Shown piece by piece: positions 27,107 to 37,109 of a stretch of DNA of 64,000 nucleotides. Both the position numbers and the translations under genes were made by a program. This stretch comes from Eledone cirrhosa (Eukaryota), in assembly GCA_964016885.1 (NCBI GenBank), contig OZ024764.1, positions 27,156,001 to 27,220,000 on the forward strand. The letters are read 5' to 3'. Positions within the stretch are counted from its first letter, which is position 1, and the number at the start of each line of letters is the position of its first letter. The notes beneath the pieces are model-generated. The model had not been told where the DNA came from. It worked only from the letters and a program-made list of their open reading frames with translations, and did not search any database.

Positions 27107-27346
27107 CACTTTACCTCCGACGACCAGCTTTCTACCGAGTGTGTGTTGATGGAGGGGACATGAGACCAGCAAAGTCCTAGGAGTAGAGACTAGTAAATAA
27201 TAAACGGTCCTAGCTATGTTAAGAATATATATAATAAAAATGTTCTATACATTTAAGAAGACAAGAGAAATAAATATTTACCTCTTTCATGTAGGTAATA
27301 TAGCGGTGTTATAAAAGTATAATAACTGATGCGGGTAGTTTGTTTC

Positions 27347-27934
27347 AAACTATAACACATATAACTCTATCAGTGAAGCCCTTTAGTATAGGTCAACTGG
27401 GAAACTATAACACATATAACCCTATCAGTGAAGTCCTTTAGTATAGGTCAACTGGGAAACTATAACACATATAACCCTATCAGTGAAGTCCTTTAGTATA
27501 GGTCAACTGGGAAACTATAACACATATAACCCTATCAGTGAAGTCCTTTAGTATAGGTCAACTGGAAAACTATAACACATATAACCCTATCAGTGAAGCC
27601 CTCTGGGAAACTATAACACATATAACTCTATCAGTGAAGCCCTTTAGTATAGGTCAACTGGGAAACTATAACACATATAACCCTATCAGTGAAGTCCTTT
27701 AGTATAGGTCAACTGGGAAACTATAACACATATAACCCTATCAGTGAAGTCCTTTAGTATAGGTCAACTGGGAAATTATAACACATATAACCCTATCAGT
27801 GAAGTCCTTTAGTATAGGTCAACTGGGAAACTATAACACATATAACCCTATCAGTGAAGTCCTTTAGTATAGGTCAACTGGGAAACTATAACACATATAA
27901 CCCTATCAGTGAAGTCCTTTAGTATAGGTCAACT
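27347..27934 (+). repeat. 55-bp minisatellite, about 11 copies (one truncated)
   Basis: Unit AAACTATAACACATATAACCCTATCAGTGAAGTCCTTTAGTATAGGTCAACTGGG, period 55 (27401, 27456, 27511). Confidence 0.95.
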
Positions 27935-27947
27935 AACAGAAGTATTA

Positions 27948-28001
27948 AGGTGGGCTCGATTGTGGCCCGCGGGCCGCCTGTTGCACGCCCCTCCTTTAGA
28001 C
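27948..28001 (+). mobile_element. 3' terminus of a hAT-like non-autonomous DNA transposon
   Basis: GGCCCGCGGGCCGCCTGTTGCACGCCCCTC followed by CTTTAGAC, which resembles a hAT/Charlie terminus and an 8-bp nTCTAGAn-type target site. The matching 5' end was not identified. Confidence 0.5.
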
Positions 28002-28019
28002 AGAATATCTATCACAGTT

Positions 28020-28235
28020 AAGTAATACTGTGATCTGTCGGCCAACTACATTTTCCAGCCTGAGGCGTTTGGGGGAGTCGGGATACTGACTGCGAGATTC
28101 CTATCTTCACTGGCGGCTAGCCTGACGAAGGTGACTGGTGAAGCTCGTGAGGGCACTTGGTTGTTCCAGCTCCTCAGCCTCGCCATCGCCCGAGGTAACG
28201 CTGCAGACGTGCTGGCTTGCCTAAAAAATCATTAG
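28020..28235 (+). pseudogene. C-terminal remnant of a CRE-like non-LTR retrotransposon (restriction-like endonuclease end), family 1
   Basis: Translates as K*YCDLSANYIFQPEAFGGVGILTARFLSSLAASLTKVTGEAREGTWLFQLLSLAIARGNAADVL. This matches the KY..Y.F.P.A.E..G..G...TGE.RE..WL.Q.LS.A..RGNA pattern. Confidence 0.75.
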
Positions 28236-28320
28236 AGAGGTTTCCCAGTGCTCCTCGCGATACTGTTATCTTTTGCTCTAGTAGCAGCTCGTTTGTCCAC
28301 CCCTTTCGCCTGCCTTTGGT

Positions 28321-28501
28321 TGTATGTCGTCCTAGATGTGTGTATTACCTGCTTGTGTGTTGTATGTGGTCCTAGATGTGTGTATTACCTGCTTATGTGG
28401 TCCTAGATGTATGTATTACCTGCTGGTGTGTTGTATGTGGTCCCAGATGTGTGCATTACCTGTTTTTGTGTTGTATGTGGTCCCAAATGTGTGTGCTACC
28501 C
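28321..28501 (+). repeat. About 40-bp degenerate tandem repeat, about 5 copies, downstream of the CRE-like remnant
   Basis: TGTATGTGGTCCTAGATGTGTGTATTACCTGCTTGTGTGT is repeated. Also present at 43273-43453. Confidence 0.8.
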
Positions 28502-29858
28502 GCTTCTGTGATTTGTTTTGTTCCTTCTTTCTCTCTTCCGAGAAACAATCCTGTATTTTTTTAATCTATTCCATGCGTTAAGTAATTAGCAGCAACAACA
28601 AACTGATTTTCAGTTGTAAAAAGAATCTTTAAACCTTCACCATTTACATTAACACATACCATACGTTGTCCCAGCCACAAATAAACAGTAAAAAAAAACT
28701 TACTTTGCGGTTAAATTCTTCACAATTAAAAGAAAAATATTTCTAACACGTTTCTAGACAACACCAAGTTTACACCTTCAATATCCGGTAAAAGTAAAAA
28801 CAAATTCTGGAGACATTTAACGAAACGAAACTATGTAAAGAAAAACGAAAATTAAACGAAGACAAGTAGTAAATTTTAATTTTTATTAAATAAAATACCA
28901 GTAATTCACTGCAGTAGATTTAATCAACTTTACTCTCTCTGCACGAAAGAAGAAAAAAATTCCTGACTTAGTGCTTAATATATAGAGAGGGGGAGAGTTT
29001 GGTGTTACTTCATATAGAGAGGGGTATTGGAAGAGAGTGCCGTGTAGTAGATATAGAGAGGGAGAGAGTTAGTGCTAATTGATATAAAGAGGGGGATTTG
29101 CACCCCACCCCCTAGAAAAATTCTGAAATGCTTCGACCTCCCTGTACATATATATATATATATAGTATACACACACAGACATTTTTATGTATATATTATA
29201 TATATAGTAAATAAATGTGTGTGTGTATCAGTGGTCGCCAAACTTTTCTGTTCCACACCCCTCCTCTAAAATATGTTTATGTTCCCCTTTAATATAAAAA
29301 CAATCCGAGTATTCTGAAAGTATTATTACTGTAATATAAAGTAGAAACCCTTTATTTAAACAAAGCTACGATGCAGCGATGATCAAAACAAACTTCTCGT
29401 AGGTGCTGCCAAGCGGGGAAAAGTGGATGTATAATGATGATGATATATATATATATGCCCCACCCTTGCAAACAGGGAAAAGCAGACGTAAAATGAAAAT
29501 GATGATATATATATAGATAGATAGATATGTATTTATACTTATACGTCATGGTGGCTACAGGTGCCAAGAGGAAGAAGCCGGTCAAATCCTCTGATATTTG
29601 TTTATCTTCCTTTCCTTTGTATATATATATATAGTATGTGTGTATGAAGATGTATGACCCCCTAGCAAACCAAACTACAGTTACTCCCCAACATGGAGAG
29701 CAAATTAAAACATTACCTGTTAGAGAGGAACGTGAAATGAATTGTTAGTGAACTACCGGTGTAACAGTAATTATGTTACCGGTGTAACTATTTCTGTTTA
29801 CCTTATTTTTAAATGACACTCCTATATTAGTTTAGTGACCTTTCAATTCAAATAAATT

Positions 29859-30265
29859 CTTGATGATGATTGAACTCGCCTTGGCCTCCGCGTGTGTGAG
29901 CCACATAAATGCTCTCAACGACATAGTGAGAAGAAGCCTGGACGCAGCTGAATTTCCATCTCAACTGGAGCCAGCAGGCCTAGGCCGCGGAGATGGCAAG
30001 CACCGCGAGGGAATCACCCTCTTCCCATTCGAAGGAGGTAGATCCACAAACCCCAGCATCGCTGCCCGTCTCGCAGATGAACATAAAATAAACAAATTCC
30101 GGTGTTTGTCCTGGAGCCTCTTCTAAGCACCAGCCGCCGTCGAGACCCCGGGCCAACTTGGACCCATTACAGCCGAGCTCCTCCGCAACATCGCAGTGTC
30201 TGTGGCCCGTCTGAGGATGGAGTCCCACGAGGTTGGATGCCTGTTGCAGCAGGTGTCACTGTCCT
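29859..30265 (+). pseudogene. CRE-like non-LTR retrotransposon remnant (zinc-knuckle start plus PD-(D/E)xK endonuclease), family 2
   Basis: RLGLRVCEPHKC, then NALNDIVRRSLDAAEFPSQLEPAGLGRGDGKH(R/P)EGITLFPFEGGR..AARLADEHKINKF..PAAVETPGQLGP..LLQQVSL. It carries internal deletions and stops. Confidence 0.8.
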
Positions 30266-30382
30266 TACATATATATACGTAAATGTTCCCTTGACTGCTA
30301 TTTCTAGCATATATTAATAGACACTTTAGAAACAGCAGCTAAAAATCAAGAAACAACAGTGTGTGTCTGTATATATATACAC

Positions 30383-30421
<39 letters not shown>

Positions 30422-30500
30422 AGCCAAAGACACGCACACACGAACATACACATACACACAGGTGTATGTCTGCGTGTATGTATATATATGTGTGTGTCTT

Positions 30501-30564
<64 letters not shown>

Positions 30565-30595
30565 TTATGTCAGTGATCCCCCTCGCAACCTTTAA

Positions 30596-31185
30596 TTAAA
30601 CAAACCTGCGATGAGGCGATGATCAAAATAAACACCAAAGTATAAACAAACAGCCCATAGGTGCTGCCGGATACACGATAACATGTGTAGACGAAGTAAA
30701 ACTTTTATTACTGTAATATAAAGTAGAAACCCTATATTTAAACAAAGCTGCGATGCAGCGATGATCAAAACAAACTTCAAATAACATGTGTATACGAAGT
30801 GTATCTGGAAGCTTGGTCGTATTATATGACTTTCAAATTGACCCCTATTATATTCAAATTATCCCCTGTGGGGCGTGCACCCCACGTTGAGAATCCCTCA
30901 TAAATAAAAATATGTGAGTGTGTTGCTATGACTGCTATTTCTAGCAGGTTTACTGCAGTTCTGTAGACGCACAACAAAAACCGGAAGTGGCAGCCATTAA
31001 AAAACTTTGGCTTAAAATCAGCCAAAAGATTTTCAATAATAGTAAAATTTTATTTTTGACAAGGACGATAACTTTTGTCTTACTTAATCGCAAAAATCGA
31101 GGCAAAAATTTTGCGGGTGTGCAGTTTACACGCTAAAATAAACCTGCTAGAAATAGCAGTTATAGCAACTCACATATATTTATAT

Positions 31186-31219
<34 letters not shown>

Positions 31220-31630
31220 CCAAACACACACCCTTATATATGTACGTGTGTGTGTGTTGACCGCTATATATATATATAGCAGCCAAACACATACACAGAC
31301 ACACATATATATATATATACATGTGTGTGTATATGTGTGTGTCCTCCTCTCGTCTATGGCTGTTATTTTTACATTGTCCTTTTTGTTATTTTTCTCGGGA
31401 TTTGCCCGGATTCGAACATGCGACCACCTATTTACAATATAGAATCTTTACAGCTTTACTGACTTTTAAGTAATCCAAGTTGTAACCCCGGATTTAGTAG
31501 TGTTTAATTTATTTTGAAGTATTTTATTATTGGCCTTAGTTAGACGATCGTCCAAGACCATGCTGGGGCATATATATATATATGTATATATATGTGTGTG
31601 TGTGTGTGTATGCTGGGGCATATATATATA

Positions 31631-31682
<52 letters not shown>

Positions 31683-32330
31683 CTAGGGCATATATATATA
31701 TGTGTGTGTGTGTATATATATATATATGTGTGTGTGTCCTTTCTGTTATTCGCTGCTATTTCTAAAGTGTCAATATATATATCATATATATATATATATG
31801 ATATATAAATATATGTAAGTGAGTTGCTATGACTGCTATTTCTAGCAGGTTTATTTTTAGCGTGTAAACTGCACACCCTCAAAATTTTTGCCTCGATTTT
31901 TGCGATTAAGTAAGACAAAAGTTATCGTCCTTGTCAAAAATAAAATTTTACTATTATTGAAAATCTTTTGGCTGATTTTAAGCCAAAGTTTTTTAATGGC
32001 TGCCACTTCCGGTTTTTGTTGTGCGTCTACAGGACTGCAGTAAACCTGCTAGAAATAGCAGTCATAGCAACACACTCACATATATTTATTTATGAGGGAT
32101 TCTCAACGTGGGGTGCACGCCCCACAGCGGATAATTTGAATATAATAGGGGTCAATTTGAAAGTCATATAATACGACCCAACTCCCTGTTACACTTCGTA
32201 TACACATGTTATCGTGTATCTGGCAGCACCTGCGAGAAGTTTGTTTACATTTTGGGGTTTGCTTTGATGATCGCTGCATCGCAGCTTTGTTTAAATAAAG
32301 GGTTTCTACTTTATATTACAGTAATAACAC
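30596..32330. mobile_element. Large palindromic (foldback-type) element with microsatellite-rich centre
   Basis: 30815-31172 is the reverse complement of about 31817-32178 (mirrored ORFs 30822..31025- and 31968..32171+). The motif CTGCTATTTCTAGCA recurs in both orientations. A further partial arm lies at 29280-29412. Confidence 0.75.
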
Positions 32331-32996
32331 TTTTACAAGACTCGGATTGTTTTTATATTAAAGGGGACATGTTTTTTAAACTCTGAACTCAGCATCTTTC
32401 TGTTGTTCTCCGGGATTCTAGCAAAGTATAAAAATATATATATATATATAGCTGGCAGTCAACCTCAGACTCGAAAAAGCCGCCGCTAATCGTGATCGTT
32501 GGGGTTATAATTAGACTAAAAGTGCTTCCACTGGTCACTATTAGCTGGTTGTGATCATTGGAGAATTCTTTCTGCGCTGAAAGAGCCTAGGACTAAAAGA
32601 TATATATATAGATGTCGAAACGGCAGTAGCACAGCCGTTGGGGTCCTGAATATTTTCACATCTATATATGTGTGTGTATTCTGCGACATTTATAATTACA
32701 TAAGCAAGCATATTTGAATAACAAAATTTGAGGTTTAAATACTTTATTTTTTACCAATAACATAGAGAAAGGCATGAACAACACCACATGTTAATTACTT
32801 TAATATTGAAAGTAGGGTTATAAAGATTAAAAAAGCAGATTTTTTAATCTTTCATGGTGGTCTGGTGGGTGATACCAGAGATGGTGGTAGTCCTGGTTTC
32901 GGTTTCAATCCCGGTCATGGGTTACATATAAGGTCTCATTTTTTTTTTTCTTTCTTTCAGTTTTCTTCTTATCTCTAGATATAAATATATATACAT

Positions 32997-33104
32997 AAGG
33001 TAATTTGGTAGAATTGTTAGAACATCAGATAGAATTCTTTGCAGTATTTTTCCAGTTCTTTACTCTGAGTTCAACTTTACCTTTCTTCCATTCGGTGTCG
33101 ATAA
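32997..33104 (+). mobile_element. Degenerate tRNA-derived SINE related to the minus-strand SINEs
   Basis: TTGGTAGAATTGTTAG..TCTGAGTTCAACTTTACCTTTCTTCCATTCGGTGTCGATAA. Copies lie near 35591, 47271 and 49897. Confidence 0.55.
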
Positions 33105-33222
33105 GTCTTGAATATGTCTAACGTAGCAATAATTGGAGCTACTTAACCAAGTTTTCCCAACCTAGTCGATGTCACCTACTGGTTGGCGATTTAAACTGTT
33201 GGCTGGGACAATGACCAACTAA

Positions 33223-33470
33223 TCAGTCAGATTCGAACTCACTATGTCTGGCATATATTTTATATTTTATATTTGAATGACGTTCTGTAAGTAACCTGGT
33301 GGCTTAGATGGCAATACTGCTCGAATAGATGGCTTCTATTATGAAGTTATAAGTTCATTCCCTATCCAGGATTGTAGAATTAATTTTATTTAGTTATTAT
33401 TTAATCAATTGTTTTAACAAACAAATTATATCTATAAAACGCCAAATATAGTGAGTTCAAATCTGACTGA
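33223..33470. mobile_element. About 250-bp MITE-like element with 30-bp terminal inverted repeats
   Basis: TCAGTCAGATTCGAACTCACTATGTCTGGC (33223-33252) pairs with GCCAAATATAGTGAGTTCAAATCTGACTGA (33441-33470) with 3 mismatches. No target duplication is evident. Confidence 0.65.
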
Positions 33471-33794
33471 CATGCATGGTATATATTTATGTTTCATTAT
33501 ACAACGACACAATACACAGGAACTTATAAAGATATGTATATATTGTCCAGGAGTTTCGAGTTTAGTGGGAATTGGTACAACTCTCAATTGGAGCTAGTTC
33601 CTGCAAGATCAGCATAAATAATGTTATACCTTTTCATGAAATCTTGCACACCCGATGTTTTATACATGATTATTTAAAGGTGAACAAAAACCAAAGAACA
33701 TTGTGCAGCATTTCTCAACCTTTCTACCCATGTCGATCTCTTGAAATAGTTTTTATGTCTCAGGGATGCCCTGCATAAAATATACTTTTTCTAT

Positions 33795-33850
33795 CTCTAG
33801 AGCAGTGGTTCCCAAATCGTGTGCTGCGAGATGAAACAAGATGAGCTGCA
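33795..33850 (+). mobile_element. 5' terminus of a hAT-like MITE
   Basis: CTCTAGAG (hAT-type target) followed by CAGTGGTTCCCAAA. Similar hAT-like starts occur near 29229 (CAGTGGTCGCCAAACTTTT) and 33707 (CAGCATTTCTCAACC). Confidence 0.5.
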
Positions 33851-33954
33851 AAAGACTAAGATTAAGTTTTAAGATGTGAAAAATATAAAACTGAAATTTC
33901 ATATAAAAGTTCAAATATAGCTACAGCCACAAACCTAGGCTCCACACCCCGCAA

Positions 33955-34150
33955 TGCAAAGGATAGTAAGATAGTACCAAGGCCTGACTCACCTCTTCCA
34001 CTCCATTGAGACCTCTGCCATACTTGGTCCCTGTACTGCTGATTTCCTCCATAAAGTCGGGAGGAAAGACGACAGGAGCCTCATGAGGAGGGGCGACTAT
34101 TGTAGCAGGTGTCTCTGGCCTTGCTCCGAGGTAACGCTTTTACGTTTCTT
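33955..34150 (+). pseudogene. CRE-like non-LTR retrotransposon C-terminal remnant, family 3 (4 copies in window)
   Basis: Across frameshifts it reads A(K/E)DSK..YQGLTHLFHSIETSAILGPCTADFLHKVGRK..QEPHEEGRLL*QVSLALLRGNAF. Other copies start near 36528, 48230 and 50855. Confidence 0.65.
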
Positions 34151-34526
34151 CCACAGGTTGCGGCTGAGGGACCACTTAGACTGGGGTGAAGTGTCTGTCC
34201 CTCCCCCGACTTCTTACTTCTTTTTTTTTCTCATTTTCATTTTCTTTTCTCTTCTTGCTTATCTCTGCTATACCACGGCATCAAAAACATATATGATATG
34301 TGTATGTATGGTATAGGTGTATTTATATTTAGGATAGTTATCAAAGGTAAATAGACTGGTTGAAGCAATAACAGTCTTGTTTATGTATATACACACATAT
34401 ATATATATATATATATATATCTGTTTGTTCTTGTATTTCCATAGAAAAGGTAAAGAAAAGAAGAATGCTCTATGTATTGTACAGAGCTATTTAATTACAT
34501 AATAAACAACAGAATATAATTATTCC

Positions 34527-34803
34527 ATGCAAATAGACTTAGACTGGAAAACATTCAGACAGAGAAGAATGGATAATGAGCGTCGTAAGAGAAATTGGCC
34601 AACAATTAATATTAATGGAAATGTAGAAGGATTTCATATTAGTGATATGAATGTTTCGTGTGATCACTGTGGAGCTTTGAAATTTAGAAATGAAAATTGT
34701 AACTGTTGTAATAAAGGAAAGGTTGTGTTGCCACCATTGCAAATATACCCTGAGAGACTGAGAAATCTCTTTGAAAGAGATTTCTCAGTCTCTCAGGGTA
34801 TAT
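34527..34803 (+). pseudogene. Helitron 5' fragment truncated by a perfect 30-bp fold-back
   Basis: Matches the Helitron N-terminus up to ..RNLFER. Then 34743-34772 and 34774-34803 form a perfect inverted repeat around a single G. Confidence 0.9.
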
Positions 34804-35511
34804 ATTCCCGCCGTTGAAATAAAAATTTTAATAGAAAAACGGCGGGAATATATGTTACAACCCAATCTATATATATTTAGGTTGTAACATATATTCCCGC
34901 CGTTGAAATAAAAATTTTAATAGAAAAACGGCGGGAATATATGTTACAGCCCAATCTATATATATTTGGGTTTTAACATATATTCCCGCCGTTGAAATAA
35001 ACATTTTAATAGAAAAACGGCGGGAATATATGTTACAACCCAATCTACATATATTTGGGTTGTAACATATATTCCCGCCGTTGAAATAAAAATTTTAATA
35101 GAAAAACGGCGGGAATATATGTTACAACCCAATCTACATATATTTGGGTTGTAACATATATTCCCGCCGTTGAAATAAAAATTTTAACATAAAAACGGCG
35201 GGAATATATATTACAACCCAAACATATATAGGTTGGGTTGTAACATATATTCCCGCCGTTTTTCTATTAAAATTTTTATTTCAACGGCGGGAATATATGT
35301 TACAACCCCAAAATATGTAGCTTGGATTGTAACATATATTCCCGCCGTTTTTCTATTAAAATTTTTATTTCAACGGCGGGAATATATGTTACAACTCAAA
35401 TATATATAGATTGGGTTGTAACATATATTCCCGCCGTTTTTCTATTAAAATTTTTATTTCACCGGCAGGAATATGTTACAACCCAAATATATATATATTG
35501 AGTTGTAACAT
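34801..35511. repeat. 89-bp self-complementary ('dumbbell') tandem array, 8 units, internally inverted
   Basis: Unit = X' + 22-nt loop + X + 11-nt loop, with X=AACGGCGGGAATATATGTTACAACCCAA. Period is 89 (34804, 34893, 34982). Five forward long loops are followed by three reverse ones. Confidence 0.95.
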
Positions 35512-36963
35512 GGGTTACATATAAGGTCTCATTTTTTTTCTTTTCTTTCTTTCAGTTTTCTTCTTATCTCTAGATATAAATATATATACATAAGGTAACT
35601 AGGTAGAATTGTTAGAACATCAGATAGAATTCTTTGCAGTATTTTTCCAGTTCTTTACTCTGAGTTCAACTTTACCTTTCTTCCATTCAGTGTCGATAAG
35701 TCTTGAATATGTCTAACGTAGCAATAACTGGAGCTACTTAACCAAGTTTTCCCAACCTAGTCGATGTCACCTACTGGTTGGCGATTTAAACTGTTGGCTG
35801 CGACAATGACCAACTAATCAGTCAGATTCGAACTCACTATGTCTGGCATATATTTTATATTTTATATTTGAATGAAGTTCTGTAAGTAACCTGGTGGCTT
35901 AGATGGCAATACTGCTCGAATAGATGGCTTCTAGTTCATTCCCTATCCAGGATTGTAGAATTAATTTTATTTAGTTATTATTTAATCAATTGTTTTAACA
36001 AACAAATTATATCTATAAAACGCCAAATATAGTGAGTTCAAATCTGACTGACATGCATGGTATATATTTATGTTTCATTATACAGCGACACAGGAACTTA
36101 TAAAGATATGTATATATTGTCCAGGAGTTTCGAGTTTAGTGGGAATTGGTACAACTCTCAGTTGGAGCTAGTCCCTGCAAGATCAGCATAAATAATGTTA
36201 TACCTTTTCATGAAATCTTGCACACCCGATATTTTATACATGATTATTTAAAGGTGAACAAAAACCAAAGAACATTGTGCAGCATTCTCAACCTTTCTAC
36301 CCATGTCGATCTCTTGAAATAGTTTTTATGTCTCAGGGAAGCCCTGCATAAAATATACTTTTTCTATCTCTAGAGCAGTGGTTCCCAAATCGTGTGCTGA
36401 GAGATGAAACAAGATGAGCTGCAAAAGACTAAGATTAAGTTTTATGATGTGAAAAATATAAAACTGAAATTTCATATAAAAGTTCAAATATAGCTACAGC
36501 CACAAACCTAGGCCCCACACCCCGCAATGCAGAGGATAGTAAGATAGTACCAAGGCCTGACTCACCTCTTCCACTCCATTGAGACCTCTGCCATACTTGG
36601 TCCCTGTACTGCTGATTTCCTCCATAAAGTCGGGAGGAAAGACGACAGGAGCTTCATGAGGAGGGGCGACTATTGTAGCAGGTGTCTCTGGCCTTGCTCT
36701 GAGGTAACGCTTTTACGTTTCTTCCACAGGTTGCGGCTGAGGGACCACTTAGACTGGGGTGAAGTGTCTGTCCCTCCCCCGACTTCTTACTTCTTTTTTT
36801 TTCTCATTTTCATTTTCTTTTCTCTTCTTGCTTATCTCTGCTATACCACGGCATCAAAAACATATATGATATATGTATGTATGGTATAGGTGTATTTATA
36901 TTTAGGATAGTTATCAAAGGTAAATAGACTGGTTGGAGCAATAACAGTCTTGTTTATGTATGT

Positions 36964-37008
<45 letters not shown>

Positions 37009-37109
37009 TGTTCTTGTATTTCCATAGAAAAGGTAAAGAAAAGAAGAATGCTCTATGTATTGTACAGAGCTATTTAATTACATAATAAACAACAGAATAT
37101 AATTATTCC

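Larger units (their letters stand above)
32916..34779 (+). repeat. 1.86-kb internal direct duplication, first copy (second copy 35509-37362)
   Basis: Both copies run from CATGGGTTACATATAAGG to CTCTTTGAAAGAG. The same pair occurs at 47197-49085 and 49814-51639. Confidence 0.93.
24251..36930 (+). repeat. About 12.7-kb tandem macro-repeat, copy 1 (Helitron not split by the satellite insertion)
   Basis: Collinear and near-identical to 36931-51257. The same start, GGTTGGAG(T/C)AATAACAGTC, occurs at 24251, 36931 and 51258. Confidence 0.9.

Noticed and set aside
29278-29294. ATGTTCCCCTTTAA and TTAAAGGGGACAT (32358) as Kolobok-like termini
   Set aside because: They face outward, no matching partner ends could be defined, and they may simply be part of the palindromic family arm.
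30822-32171. Conserved 67-aa ORF present four times
   Set aside because: It recurs only because it lies in duplicated palindrome arms. It has a non-ATG start and no recognisable domain.
34083-34316. 77-aa ORF with a hydrophobic stretch present four times
   Set aside because: It is an off-frame reading of the CRE-like remnant plus a T-rich tail, repeated by duplication.
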